From Octopus vulgaris (Eukaryota), in NCBI GenBank assembly GCA_951406725.2, contig OX597823.1:43772001-43836000 (forward strand): a stretch of 64,000 nucleotides of DNA, written 5' to 3'. Both the position numbers and the translations under genes were made by a program. The notes beneath the pieces were generated by a model. It searched no databases. It was not told the origin of the DNA and worked only from the letters and a program-made list of their open reading frames with translations. The number at the start of each line of letters is the position of its first letter. The first letter of the stretch is position 1. Positions 41,599-55,852 of this stretch are shown piece after piece.

Positions 41599-42471
41599 CA
41601 CATACGCACATATACACACACACACATATATATACGCTTGTCACAGTCACTTGATATCCTCTCTATCGCTTTCTTCACACTCTCTCTCTTTTTTTCACTC
41701 TCTCTCTCTCTCTCTCTCCCTTTCTCTCTTTCCCTCTCTATCTCTCATTCTCTCTCTTTCACACACTCTTTCACTTTCTCTTTTACTCTTTGATGTCATT
41801 TACGTTTTATTCGCATGTTCTTAAACGGAGTAACTGTTTTTCATACTTGCAACATATATACATTAACTCTCACAACCATACTTCCTTTGCGTACGTTCCG
41901 ATGCGTGTACGTATTGTGTATATATGTGTTGTACTTGTATGAGTTTTTCTGTGCGTCTATATATATATATGCGAATGTTTGTTTTTGTGTCCATGCGTGT
42001 ATATGTGTATGTACAAGACATTTTTTTATATGTGTCTACAAACCAATTTCAACATCATATATCCAACAAACTATAAATGGGCGTATATAATTAAGCGGAA
42101 ATATAATTGCATTTTAAAAATAATTTTATCTATATACGTTATCAGGCAGTGAATGCACGGCAAAGAGAGGCGGGTGTCATTAATATTGTCTTTGTATTTT
42201 AGCAAGGAATATCATTTGATCACTCAGTTTACAGGACCATTCGATTAATTTTAGTATGTTTAGATGTTTTACGTTATGGCTTTGCATTCAACGACTTCAT
42301 ACACGTAGCTTCATTCAGTTATTCAGTTTACACGCGTGTGTAATCTCAATATATAAGTGTGTATGCAGTATGAATATATGTATATATATATATAGAGAGA
42401 GAGAGAGAGATATTGACACATATGTATGCATAGATATATATGCAGGTATATGTATACATATACATATATGA

Positions 42472-42531
<60 letters not shown>

Positions 42532-42550
42532 ATATATGTATATATATATG

Positions 42551-42584
<34 letters not shown>

Positions 42585-42759
42585 AACACACACATATGCA
42601 TATGTATATTTATATAAAAATATATCTACTCGTTTATATATATACATACATATATATATATATGTATGTATCTATGTATGCATATACATACACACATATA
42701 TATACACACAAATGAATATATACATATTTATATACATATATACTTGTATGTAAATATAT

Positions 42760-42821
<62 letters not shown>

Positions 42822-43105
42822 GTGTGTGCATGCGTGCGCGCATGCATATATATATATATGTACAAGAGCATAAATGATTATGCTTACGCTACGTATTCCC
42901 TCCAGACACCTAATCAATTTCTGCCTCTCCCTTTTCTAAAACGTTTCCGCTTTTAATATAAATACTGTAATTAACAGGCCTTTAATGACTCCGTAATTAA
43001 GAAATGCCACCAAAGCTGAACAGTGACTTCTATCTCAGAATATTAGGGACTTCAGATTTGAAACGAGAAAAATTCAATAACACATACATACATACATACA
43101 TACAT

Positions 43106-43187
<82 letters not shown>

Positions 43188-43942
43188 GGATGGATGGATG
43201 GATGGATGGATGGATGGATGGATGGATGGATGGACGGATGGACGGACGGACGGACGGACGGACAGACAGACAGACAGACAGACATACACATATACATATA
43301 TACATACATATATAACGATTATTTGATGTACTTCACTCCAGTTCATATCAATTATTTCACTAAGAGAGAATAGAACAGGTTTCTAACAAGATATCTTTCA
43401 TTCTTTTACAAAGCGAAACAACCAATGAGGCTAAAACTTAAATGCTACTCAAATTATTACCGAAGATTTATGGTCTTTTCTCAGAAATATACAACGATGG
43501 TTGGCAATTGACATAAGTTTAGCAGTCTACTGTCAAGTCGTGCACAAAGTCAAAACACGGGAAGGACAGCACCTCACACAAAATGGTATTTGTCTAATAT
43601 CTTCACTTTCGAAATGAAAGCAGAAACGGCCTGCTAAATTGCTTGCGTTATTGCACAAAGAAGAAAATAAACTGGAACTGTTTCAACCATTTCCTGTATC
43701 TTGAATTTAAATTTTCCTATCTTTCTACATAGCAAATGACCAATGAACTATGGTGACTTTCTCTCAGTTAAAATACTTTCATCAAATATCCCCTATAGGC
43801 AACCTCTATCTCTCTCTTCCAAAATGTTTTCTTTTTAATGTATATGCCATCACCCGCCAGCGATTGTATCCTTGTATCATATACCATATGTTTGTCAATT
43901 GCTTATGTAATCGCAAACCGACATCACCCATTAAACGTATTG

Positions 43943-44366
43943 GGATCTTTTCGGTTTGAACGGCAGTTTTTCTAGCGGTGTCATATGAAATTGTCACCCA
44001 TAATTATGACCCTAGTATCGATCTATTGTATTTCAATCTGTTTTAGGGTTAGGGTTAGTTAGGGTTAGGGGTGGGGGAAGGGTATCTTTTTTCTTCACAA
44101 ATGTAAATAAACCCAATCCGTTTCTTAAACGAGGGACATATTCATACGGCACAGAATGTTTTTTTACCTCAATACACGTCATTGACTGGTTGAACTTGCA
44201 GAAATTGAAGGAAAAAACAACAAATATCTTACAAACTATAGAATTTTCTCAATAAAGCCAAGAATAAAAGATGTTTTATAAACACATTCTACCAGCATAC
44301 GAAGTTTAAAATTTTTTAGTTACCTAGAAATTATGTTAAAAACTGCCGTTCAAACCGAAAAGATCC
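43943..44366. mobile_element. MITE, 424 bp, with 29-bp perfect TIRs and an 8-bp TSD; superfamily uncertain (GG-terminal TIR with 8-bp TSD is Merlin-like)
   Basis: ggatcttttcggtttgaacggcagttttt ... aaaaactgccgttcaaaccgaaaagatcc. Flanks are acgtattg and acgtcttg. Confidence 0.9.
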
Positions 44367-44395
44367 ACGTCTTGTACTGTGGTAGTATTATTTTC

Positions 44396-46091
44396 AAATG
44401 TAGGACAAATGCCCCCGAGGACAAAAGCTCCACGGACAAAAACCTAATAGTTAAAATTTGAAAGTGGACAAAAGCCCCACGGTTATATTTTTCGATTATT
44501 TTTTCGTTTTTTTTTTCACTTTTTACTTGTTTCAGTCATTAGATTGCGGCCATGCTGGGGCACCACCTTGAAGAATTTTTAGTTGAACGTGTCGATCTCA
44601 GAATTTATTTTTCCTTTGTACGTGTTACAGTTATTAAACTGCGGCCGGCCATGCTGGGGTACCACATTGAAGAGTTTTTAGTCCAATGTATCGAGGCTAG
44701 AATTTTTTTTATTTTTACTTGTTACAGTTATTATATTGCGGCCACACTGGGGCACCACCTTGAAGAATTATTAGTCGAATATAACAACCACAGAATTCTT
44801 TTTAATGATTTTCAACCAGCGCATGAAGTTAAGCCTAGAAGGTATCCCCACATGCTAGAAATAACAGCCAAATTTCTTGAAATGTTTTTATAACCCACCT
44901 TAGTTTTTTTTTTTCTAAAATTCTACAGTCATCGGACTGCAGCCATGCTGAGGCACCAGCTTGAAGAATTTTTGGTCGCAGAAAAATCAGCATTTTAAAA
45001 TATATACTTAAAGTCTTTTGCTTTCTTCTCTCATCACTTACATGACAATAAGTTGACCTTTTGAACTTTCTCCGGCCGTTGAATGTCTACAGAATGCTAG
45101 TCATTCAAACATACTTCTTATCGTTTGCCTAAATAAGGAGATGAGTGTTCCTCCATAAAAATGACAAATTCTGGTTTTTGTGAAGCAAAAACATGTCAGA
45201 GGCATGTGTAATATTTACTTTCATTTTATGTGTATATATTGTCATTCAAACCTACTTCTTATCGTTTTTGTTTCTACACATTTCTTGATGTAAACGTTTT
45301 TCCCCCTTTGTTAGAATTCAGACAATTTGTACATTGAGTGGTAAAGAATCTTGTGTTCTGTTATTCTATTATTGGTGTTAAGTTGATTCATTTTCATTTT
45401 CAAACTTCAAAATTATTCTAAAAACAAGGAAAATAATTCAAACACACGGAAATTACCACTATGAGGAACATAGATGTTTTGACACCGTTTTTCAATTGAT
45501 TATATTTTGTTTAATTAGAAATTGGAAATTTGGAAAGTAATTTTTTATTACAACCACGATTTCCGTTTTTGGTTACGTGAAATTATAAAAAAGAAAAATT
45601 TGTAAGATTTGGCTGTTATTTCTAACACGTGGAGAGACTTTCTAGGCTTAACTTTATGTACTGGTTGAAAATAACCCCAAAAAGATTCTGGGGACGATAC
45701 ATTTGACTAAAAACTCTTCAAGTATTCAAAAATTCTTCAGTGACTGAAACAAATAAAAGGATTTTTAAGAAAATAAAAAAGAAAACCAAGACTAACCAAA
45801 AAATATAGCTGAGGTGGGGTTATAAAAACATTTCAAGAGATTTGGCTGTAATTTCTAGCATGTCGAGAGACCTTCTAGGCATAACTTCATGCGTCGGTTG
45901 AAAATCATCTAAAAAATTCTGGGGTCGATACAATCGACTAAAAATTCCTGAAGGTGGTGCCCCAACATGGCCGCAGTCTAATTATTGCAAGAAGTAGAAA
46001 GAAAAGCAAAAATGAAAAAATAATCGAAAAATATAACCGTGGGGCTATTGTCCTAGGAGGCGTTTGTCCGAGGGGCTTTTGTCCGCACCCC
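44396..46091. mobile_element. Non-autonomous foldback, Mutator-like DNA element (~1.7 kb) with long TIRs and a 9-bp TSD
   Basis: TSD attattttc at 44387-95 and 46092-100. Subterminal ggacaaaagcccc repeats at both ends. ~44465-44905 is inversely homologous to ~45805-46060. Confidence 0.8.
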
Positions 46092-47754
46092 ATTATTTTC
46101 AGCTAAATAGATAAGAGAAATATTGAATAGAAGCATTGAATGAAGTGCATTTCTCAGGAACACAGCGTGTCACCCAGCCTCCCAAGAATCGGACACCAGG
46201 ACTTATGGTTCTAACCCCAACACCCTATCCAAGAAAATTCCAATCAGACTTCTTAGAAGTCTACTTCGTACTGTGCCGTGACATGACAAAAATTTTCTTT
46301 CTTACATAGTAAAACATGTTCATCAAAGATGGCTTTCCTAGTGACTATGATCATCCACAGAAAATATGCAAGAATGTAATATAAAACAACCCCAAACAAA
46401 AATAAATAATAGTTAAAGCAGATATTAATAAACACACAAATATACACATTGTAGAAAAATGAACATCTAAAATTGTATTTTAGAAAACACCCTAAAATTA
46501 TTGGCACATATACACGTACTTGTAAAACAGAAGTGATGCGAATACAAACTAGACCCTATCATTCACAAGTATATTTTCCAATTGAAAAACTGGAGACATG
46601 AATCATTTCACGAATGAGACAAATCCTCGTCTCAGACATGAATCAATTACCTAGGAGCAACAGAGAAAAATAATGACACACATGTATCTTGCTAAAATTA
46701 AATTCATGTCCTGTGTTACCGAAATTCGAAAATTCTTGGCATTAAATCTCTTTCAGCGAGAGAGAGAGAGGGGGGATAGAGAGAGGTGAGAGAAAGAATA
46801 TGATACCACATTCGCTGTTTTCAAAAATAAGGACAGGGCAATAGCACAAACCCGGATAATACGAGATGCTCCTGCTCGTATACCGATCGTACAATATTTA
46901 GGTAGCAAAAACACAACAGCCACCAGCAAGAACAGCTTGTGGTCAGTTTCATGGTGCAGTATAGGTTGGTGTTTACTACCATTCTAACTTTGAATGGTGT
47001 GGTCGGATGGACATACAAGTTCTGATTAAACCTTGAGTTGTGTCCTGTACCTGATGTTGAGTAGAAAGCCTTAAGACGGGACGTCGTAAGCAAACAGTCC
47101 AACTGCTACTCATGTGATAGTAAAAGACGTTGAAGGGGATTTTACCAAAACTCTTGAAAGGAGGGAAATACAAAAAAAAAATAACAACAGCAACAAATCT
47201 CAAAGGTTACTGCTTCTATCCGGAATTGGGTACACCTCTGGTAACGTTGTAAATTTGACCTCACTTCCAGGAGAGCAAGTAGATGGTGGTGATGATGGAG
47301 CAATCAGCATCAATAACTGGGGATGGTACACCTTGAAAGAGGCATTTGAGTGGGTTTTGTAAGTAACAGTAAAGAAAATAGATAAGGAAGGGAGCGGATG
47401 AATAAATTAGAAGAGATCATTCAGAAAGGCGTCACGACTGACATGTAACTGGCGAAAATAGCTCTAAACCATCTCTTCAACACGAAGAACGAGACTGCAT
47501 TGTCAAAGGTAAGGTACGTGTTTTAATATGAAGGAACCAAAGCTATTCGATGGACTCGGAAGCAGAAGTACAAAGTGGCAACATAATCTAAAGTGGTCTT
47601 TGCCGGACGGGAATGTATTTATGGTACTAGATTTTAAGCAAATCTATGAGACTTCCCGATGGAATTTTTCAGTGGAATGGATACGGTGTGGAGTTTGGTC
47701 CCTACTTTCATGGCCTGTTTGTAAATCTTAAAAGAAAATTTGGGATACTACAAA

Positions 47755-48010
47755 AGAGTGATAACAGCAAATGAAATACGGGCAGCGATAAGTGTTTCTA
47801 AGAGGTGCTCTGTGAGCTTTACAAACATATGCCAGAACTGTCCCCCGACTTCTAAGAGGATGTTACTGTAACTGGAAGGAAAACGGTAGAACTACAAGTT
47901 TTGTGAACAAAGAAAGAGTACAGGAGCTATGGAAGATTACGATCAAAAGATATATATACAAAATAATCTGCAACCCATAAACGCCGATAGCAGAAGTCGA
48001 TATTTCAGGC
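47755..48010 (+). pseudogene. Highly decayed LINE (Tx1/L1-like) RT fragment
   Basis: Patchy hand translation: ITANEIRAAIS..ELYKHMPEL..NW..LQPI. Weak. Confidence 0.4.
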
Positions 48011-48303
48011 ACTATTAACGAAAGTACTGGAGCTTGCCGTCAATAGTATAGTAGGAAAATGCAGATGTGCACAATTTCAGTCAGACCTATCTCCGACAAC
48101 TTCCATCTCATGTGATACATCTTACAGAGTATAGGTTGTAAACCTGACTTTGGTGGCAATCTGATCATATTGGATTAACCGAACACTTTTGACGGGCGTC
48201 AGTCAGTGTTACTTGATGGAGTTCCAAAGGCATCCGATTTTGGTCTCATTCCCAATATGTACTGTTGCATCTACTCAGTAGTCACATTAAATGGTCTCTT
48301 ATC

Positions 48304-48537
48304 TAAGGCGGCGAGCTGGCAGAAACGTTAACACGTCGGACGAATTGCGTAGCCGTATTTCCTCTGCCGTTACGTTCTGAGTTCAAATTCCGCCGAGGTC
48401 GACTTTTCCTTTCATCCTTTCGGGGTCGATTAATTAAGTACCAGTTACGCACTGGGGTCGATGTAATCGACTTAATACCTATGTCTGTCCTTGTTTGTCA
48501 CCTCTGTGTTTAACCCCTTGAGGGTAATAAAGAAATA
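48304..48537 (+). mobile_element. Full-length Nin/Deu-domain SINE with an 11-bp TSD
   Basis: aaggcggcgagctggcagaaacgtta...gtcgacttttcctttcatcctttcggggtcgat...taataaagaaata. TSD ggtctcttatc at 48293-303 and 48538-548. Confidence 0.92.
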
Positions 48538-49375
48538 GGTCTCTTATCGGAACATCTAAGATCACTAGCATAAACTGCCACGAATGTTATCTCTCATCTC
48601 TTGTGTATGTACTAATTCTTGAGACATTACTGCAGAAACTATGGTGTTTATGGGGCATCATCTTTTAAATGAGTCTCGAGAGTCAAGACAGTTATTATTT
48701 TCTTCGTCCTAGCCCTCACAGACTGTTTCAAGTTTCATTTGAAGAAGAAGGTGAGGGTGGAGAGACAGGGCGAGATGCTTGCAAGTGGGCGACAGTAGCG
48801 ACATTGGTGCACGTAAACGGTCCTAATCTACGCATGCACATGTAGGCCATGAATCAACAAAGGAGAAAACAGTTGCTCTTTCTTGTCAGTGTTATGACGT
48901 TTCGAGAGCCTTCCTTGTTCGGCCCGAAACAATTATCCTCTTATTACACGTCCTATATAAGTTTCACCACAACTACTACCACAATCACCACCATGTTTGT
49001 AGTTTATCCTGTTGCACTGTCTTTATTGCTCGTGTTGTCGTTATTATTATTACTAATATTAGTACTGTAGCACACACACATATATATGTATCGCTCTTTT
49101 TCTCTCTCTTTCTCCCTCTCTCTCCTTCTCTCTCTCTCTCTCACTCTCTCACCGACCATTGCCCATGCAAAATTCCACCAATGTCCATGGGTCGTATCTA
49201 TCCATCTTTTCGCCTTCTTTCATGAATATTCGTGAGTCAAAGGGACATGCAACGTTACCTATATAGCATATGTAGTGCACCTTGTCCACTACCACTAGGC
49301 ATTGTCTATTATGCTTTAGCACCTGATCTGTTTGGTTATGGAAATCCCAGGAGATTTTGCTAGTCTCCTGATCTG

Positions 49376-49465
<90 letters not shown>

Positions 49466-49466
<1 letters not shown>

Positions 49467-52157
49467 TATGTTTGATTTTTACTTTATGTCTGTACAAGTT
49501 GGCTCCAAGTCTCACCCAGAGACCTCAAGATAGAACAGGTTGGAAGTTCACGTTGTTGTTATGCCTAGTGTGCCATATATTTGGGGGGTTTTTTGGTGTT
49601 GTACTAGTGAATGTCTAACACATAAATTTTTTTTAAAAAGTTTGTTTTAAACCTTGGGATTACATAGAGAGTATTTTGCGTAGGATATGAGCAGTTCCCA
49701 TGAGCACTATCTTTTGAATTTCTGCCATTTTTGGGTTTCCTGGTATCTGAGTTAGGTAGCAATCAGCCCCTTTCGCTATCATTCCCAGGGCACCTATGAC
49801 AACAGGTATTGTTTTAGTCTTCAGGTTTCACATTTTGCTGATTTCTATTTCAAGATCTTTATATTTGCTCAGGTTTTGGTAGGTCTTGACAGATACGTTT
49901 ATATCGATTGGGACAGTCATATCAATGAGGAGGCATGTTCTTTGTCTGAAGTCTTTCAATATGATGTCTGGCCTATTTGCATCTATCTTTCTGTCAGTTT
50001 GAATGGTGAAGTTCCAGAGGAGTGAGATGTGGTCATTTTCAAGCACTGGAGGTGGATTGTGTTCCCACCAGTTTTTTTCATGGGGCAAATCCAGGTTTTT
50101 GCAAATTACCCAGTGAATATATTGTGCAGCTCTATCATGCCTGTTGAGGTACTCTGTAGGCGCTAGAAGACTGCATTTGAAGACAACATGATCAATGGTT
50201 TCATTTTGTTGTCGGCATACACGACATGTTGGGCTACTGCCGTTCTTTAATATGTTGGCCTGGTAGTTTCTTGTTGGTAGGCATTGATCTTGAGCTGCTA
50301 TGATAAACCCTTCTGTTTCAGATTTTAAGCCAGAGGCCATTAGCCATTGATGGGTCAGGGCTTTGTCAATATCTGCATTATTCGCTATCTTTGGGTATTT
50401 GCCATAGAGAGGTTTTTCTTGCCATTTATTATTCAGAATATCTAAGGCCGCAGTTTTGGCACGGGTTTTCATGCGCCTAGCTTTTTCTGTGCTTGTTTCT
50501 TGTATGTCTATCTCTAATTCCGAAATTGGTTGTATTCGGAATTCACTTAGATATTCCTTTGCCTGTTTTGTTACTGAGTATGATGCTTTCTTGTTTTCAT
50601 GTTTTGAGACAAGTTTTAACATCCAGTCCTCAGAGTTTTTCAGGTAGGTGTCTAGGCCAATTGTAGCAATCTTCATTGTTATTGCCAGTTGCAAAAGACC
50701 ACGGCCTCTCTCTTTTCTTGGCAGATAAAGTCGTTCTGTATCTGCCTTAGGGTGGTGCATTCTATGCATTGTCAACAGTTTTCTTATTTTTCTGTCGAGC
50801 TGACATATTTCAGTAATTTACCAGTTAACGATATTGAAACTGTAAGTCACGACTGGTATGGCTAATGCATTGATCGCTTCGATCCTGTTTCTCGCATTCA
50901 GCCCTGTCTTGAGTATTGCTCTCACTCTTCGATAGCATTCTCTCCTGATCCTTTCCTTCATCTCTGAATGCCTTATTCCGTTCCCTTCAATTACCCCTAG
51001 GTACTTGTAGCTCTCCGCTGGGTCTATTCTGCTGGTCAAGGTTAACGTTAGATGTTTCTGTCATTTTTCCTTTGATAAAGGTAGCTTTTGCACATTTATC
51101 AAGGCCGAATTGCATTCTGATGTCGTCACTGAATTGTTTGACTATCGCTAGTAAGCCCTTGAGTTGTTGGTCATTTTTTGCAAAAAGCTTTAAATCATCC
51201 ATGTAAATGAGATGATTTATATAATTTTATCAAACATTTTATACCCGTACTGCGCGTCATTGAGCAGTTTTGAGAGAGGTATTAAGGCTAAACAAAAGAG
51301 GAGTGGTGACAGTGAGTCACCCTGGAAAATGCCACACGAAATTTTTACATCACCAGCATTTAGGGATTCATTGTCACTGTTCAGAGTTAGTGTGGTTTTA
51401 TATGATCTCATACTTACAGTCAAAAAGTTTCGCAGAGTAGGTGCTATCTTATACATTTCCAGGCATTTCCTAATCCAGCTATGTCGTAGGCTATCAAAAG
51501 CCTTTTTATAGTCTATCCAGGCTATTGATAAGTTTTTGTGTCGTTTGTGACAATCTTCTAAGATCATCTTATTGATGAGTAGTTGTTCTTTACAGCCGTA
51601 GGATCCACGTTTACATCCTTTCTGTTCATTAGGGAATATGCTGCTGTCTGTTAAAAAACTATAAGTATATTCCATCAGGACAGATGTTAGCCTTTTGTAC
51701 ATAGTTGTTAAGCAGGTTATGGGTCTATAGTTTTTTGGTTCATTTGTTTCTTCACTTTTTGGAAGCAGGAATGTTAACCCATTAACTAGCCAAGGAGGCA
51801 TCCTACTAGGGTGTTGCAAAACATCATTGTACAGTTCTGTTAGCAGTTCATGGCGCTCTGGGATGGCATTCAGCCAGAAGTTAGGAATTTTATCCTTTCC
51901 TGGAGACTTCCATTTGCTTGACCTCCTGAGAGCAGATCTTATATCTTCTACCTTGACACCCTCCCACTTTTGCTCTTCTAAGGGGTCTAGTTCTGTAGAT
52001 ATTCTGTCAATCCAGGGGGCCTTTTCGTTGTGTATTTTTTCTTCTGCCCAAATTTTATTCCAAAATCCCTGCACTTCTTCTTTTGATGGTACAGACCTTG
52101 CAGTAAACGCTGTTTTTCCTATCTTCCTGTAAAAATTCTTGGGGTTATTTTTGAACA
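49466..52157 (-). mobile_element. Dong/R4-clade non-LTR retrotransposon, 5'-truncated: RT, CCHC and RLE, with frameshifts; inserted in (TAA)n
   Basis: ORFs 51217-52158, 50987-51202, 50818-51039 and 49828-50775: WKSPGKDKI, NYRPITCL, AWIDYKKAFDS, GIFQGDSLSPLLF, YMDDLKLF, CRVC...ETIDHVV.KC, RHD, NRPDII, IDM..P. Coding ends at ~49660. (TAA)n on both flanks. Dong elements are known to target TAA repeats. Confidence 0.95.
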
Positions 52158-52161
52158 TTTA

Positions 52162-52200
<39 letters not shown>

Positions 52201-52850
52201 CGAACCTGCCCGAGGTGCTGCCAGGACGACGAAACCGTTCTGCACGCACTCGTCCAGTGTCCGAGTATTGCTGAACTATGGGTTTATGTCGAACAGCTAC
52301 TGTCGCGTATATGATGGACCCGGCTATCAGCTGAATCCATAGTGAAGATTGCCCCGCCGATCTCCTTTAACAGGGTGAGCAATGCAGTTTTCCTTTGCCT
52401 AGTGGCTGTAGCGAAAGAGGTGGTATGGTAGACCCGTTTGAAAGAGCTATGGTCAGACACTTTCCTCTTTGGCCCAGGCCTCATCAACTTTTTCAAGTTT
52501 CACTTGAAAAGGACGATGAGAGTAGAGAGGGAAATGCTGTCCGATAGCAAGTTTAATGAATGGTGGATAAATATCGCAAGAATGGCCAGTATGAAAGGAG
52601 CTATTCTGAGATTACACCTGTGATTTAAAAAGGTAATATAAAACCCCCTTTTTTTGACCAGGCTCCCGTTGGCTTTTATGTGTTTTTTCCACCAGGAACC
52701 TTTCGTAACGCCTCCCCCTTTTGGGGAGTTTCCATTGTTATAATATTTCGTTCTTAAACTGTTTTTACTCGGATTTTTCCCAAACGGACAAAACCTTTTG
52801 TAACCTTTCGTCCTGTTTTTGTCAGCCCTTGTGGCCAATAAAAGAAGTTA
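52201..52850 (+). mobile_element. Tx1/L1-clade LINE 3' end: zf-RVT CCHC C-terminus plus 3' UTR
   Basis: Frame from 52201 reads RTCPRCCQDDETVLHALVQCPSIAELW...AVAKEVVW*TR...F.EWW, with stop at 52621-23. T-rich UTR ends cccttgtggccaataaaa. Confidence 0.85.
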
Positions 52851-52884
52851 TTATTATCATCATCATCATCATCATCATCATTAT

Positions 52885-53165
52885 TTGCTGCGGAGTATTT
52901 CAGAAGTGTTTTCGAACGATCCAAGTAAGTCCTTTTAAAAACATTTGTTTACACCCGTTTGGTGCAGATATTTCTGTTTATATTTTGTTCCAAGTTGTTA
53001 ATAGCCCTGGGTAGAACTCCCCCTATTGGGGAATTTTGTTGTTAGATTTTTTGTTAACTGTTTTTATTGTTTACACATTTTCTGGTTTAAACCCCACTTG
53101 TCCCTTGTTTTGTATTGTCCCTATATGTTTTTGTTTTCGGCCCTTGTGGCCAATAAAAAAAGATT
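52885..53165 (+). mobile_element. Second Tx1-like 3' UTR fragment
   Basis: Ends with the same cccttgtggccaataaaa terminus and has a similar ctcccc....gggga hairpin (53017-53032 vs 52713-52727). Confidence 0.7.
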
Positions 53166-53179
53166 ATTGTTATACCAGC

Positions 53180-53212
53180 AGGAGCAGCGATAGTAGTAGT
53201 AGTAGCAGTAGT

Positions 53213-53271
<59 letters not shown>

Positions 53272-53306
53272 CAGTGGCAGCAACAGCAGCTGCAGCAGCA
53301 ACAGCA

Positions 53307-53338
<32 letters not shown>

Positions 53339-53402
53339 TAGCAACAGCAACAGCAACAGCAGCAGCAGCAGTAGTAGTAGTAGTAGTAGTAGCAGCAGCA
53401 GC

Positions 53403-53464
<62 letters not shown>

Positions 53465-54535
53465 CAGCACCTGCTGCTGCTGCTGCTGTTCTTGTTGCTA
53501 CTGCTGTTGTGGTTGCTAATGTTGCTTTCGTTGATAGTGACCGCCGAGTTCCTCAATTAGACCATTTAGCGTTCATAAATTAATAGCGGCGTTCTCATAA
53601 GAAGTTTTAATTTTCGTGACAGCTGCAATCTGCATCTCAAACATGGAGAGTAACAAAAAAATTATTAAACTCGAAGAGGAAAACCTTCTTAAAATCACAT
53701 TAGCGTCTTGTGTTGACACACCATTTTCTACAGAGCTTTTTTGCTCGTCATTATTTTATTTTATTTTATAATTAATATTTCTTTTTTTGCTTTTTACTTT
53801 TTTTAAATATTTCTTGTCGTTTGTATTGTTTTTTTTTTCTTTATAATTCTTTATTCTCCATTCTATTTCGCATCTTCTCTCGCCACAGTTCCATTCCACA
53901 CCCCAAACCACAAACCTTAGTACTCGCCTAATCACTACGCACGGCTATTAATATCCCTTTGTCCTCGACAGAATTAAAAGGAGAATTATGACATCGATGA
54001 GATTAATGATGATGATGATAACGATGATGATGGTGATGGCGGTGATAGTGGTGGTGGTAGTGGTGGTGGTGGTAGTGGTGGTGGTGGTAGTGGTGGTGGT
54101 GGTGGTAGTGTTAGTGTTGACGAAGATGATGTTTTATGATGATGATAACGATGATGTTGATTCTGGTGAGGATTGTGATGATGGTAATGACGATGATGAT
54201 TAATGATGATGATGATGTTGATGATGATGAATCTGGTGGTGATGATAGTGATTATGATGAATCTAGTGCTAATGATGGTGATGATGAGGAGGAGGACGAA
54301 GAAGAAGAGGAGGAAGAAGAAGAGGAGGAGGAGGAGGGTGATGAAGATGATGGTGTGATTAGAGGCGGATGAGAAGAAGAATAGTGATGGTGGTGGTAGT
54401 GATGTTGTTGATGATGCTGGTAACGGTGATGAAGGTGAAGATAGTGGTGAGGGTGGTGTGGTGATGGTAGTTATGGTAATGATGGTGGTGGTGGTGGTGA
54501 TGATGATGATGATGACGACGACGACGACGATGATA
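53180..54535. repeat. (AGT)n/(AGC)n and (GAT)n/(GGT)n/(GAG)n trinucleotide repeat fields
   Basis: Direct reading. Confidence 0.95.
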
Positions 54536-55852
54536 TTTTTAATCTTTTTTATATTTTTTGACCAGTAGAATTTCAAACAATTCTACTCAAAATTTTTCCT
54601 TGGTTTTGCAATGTAATTATATTCCTATCAAAAAGGATGTTCACTAATTTGTAAAAAAAAGAGAAAGAATAAATAAAAATAAAATAAATACAAATGAAAA
54701 AAAAAACATTTCAACTGATAATCACAAAATAGTGGATCGAACCCATTAAAATTCCGTCTTCAGATTAGTTAGGGAAACCGCACACATCGTATCATTTGTT
54801 CGGTGTTTCCATTGATTGAACCTTAATGAGAGTAAAGTTATGATTATTTTAATTTAGATTGGATGTAGTGAGGGGGGGGGGGTCGGTGGTTGTATCAGAA
54901 GTGAAGACGATTTTGGTTTTCGTTAAAAAGAATAAGTGTATTAATAATTTATTTCCATAACATACGAACAATCATTCAATCGATCGATTACTATAATATT
55001 TCTGGCGAATATGATTAGAGATATAATGGATCGAATATGATGTTCAGTAATATCCATCCATGGGTGATAAGTTTTAGTAACTTGACTTAGGAATAGTGAT
55101 AAATGGTTGTTGTAACTATTCTGTATGCGCGCTTGTGTGCGTGCGTATGTAGCATCTGTGCATTAGCGATTGGTGATTAATATATCTACAACTATATACG
55201 AAAACCGGATAAGCAAGATTTTATCTTTTATTATATGCAAACTGCCTTTGTAACAAATGCAAATCTATGACGATTTGATATTAAAATATGAATATTTCTC
55301 TTTTAATTTATGATAATTCTAAATGTAAAATGCTATGTTGTTATTAATTAATTTTCATCTTTTTATTTACGCATTTATTTTAAATTATTTAATATTATTA
55401 TTATTATTATTTTCTTATAATTTCTTGCTAATTAATTTGGTTTAAAAGTTATTTAGAATAACTATTTCCAATGAGAGGAAATAATAATTTGGTGGGTTAA
55501 GCCTCTGATGTACAGTCTTAAAAACAAAGGTAAAATTTCCTCTTCAATCCCATTTTTCATTAACTTTCTCAAGCAGAGAGTGTATATAACATACTACAAA
55601 AATTCGTTATTATAATTAACATAGAATAAGCCAAGCAGACATCAGAAATATTGTGATGTGAAGCATATGAGAATCATATTATTAGAAGAATTTAAAAAGA
55701 AAGATAGAATTCAGTACAAGAAATACAAATCAAAAGAAGAGCGCAGAATGAATTAAGGAATTATGCAATCTCGCTCAGTGGTGCTCCAGGAAACCTCAGT
55801 AGTGTAAATATTAAAAATCTATATAATTATAATTTATAATAATGTATTCTGT

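Noticed and set aside
44043-44070. TTAGGG repeats
   Set aside because: Only about four imperfect units, internal to the 43943-44366 MITE. Not a telomere or a fusion scar.
44523-44975. Regularly spaced ~50-bp repeats resembling a CRISPR array
   Set aside because: Eukaryotic context, degenerate repeats with related spacers, no cas genes. They are SINE-tail-like modules.
48890-48932. Minus-strand CGAAACGTC minimal hammerhead candidate
   Set aside because: Core reads CCGAACA and stem I does not pair.
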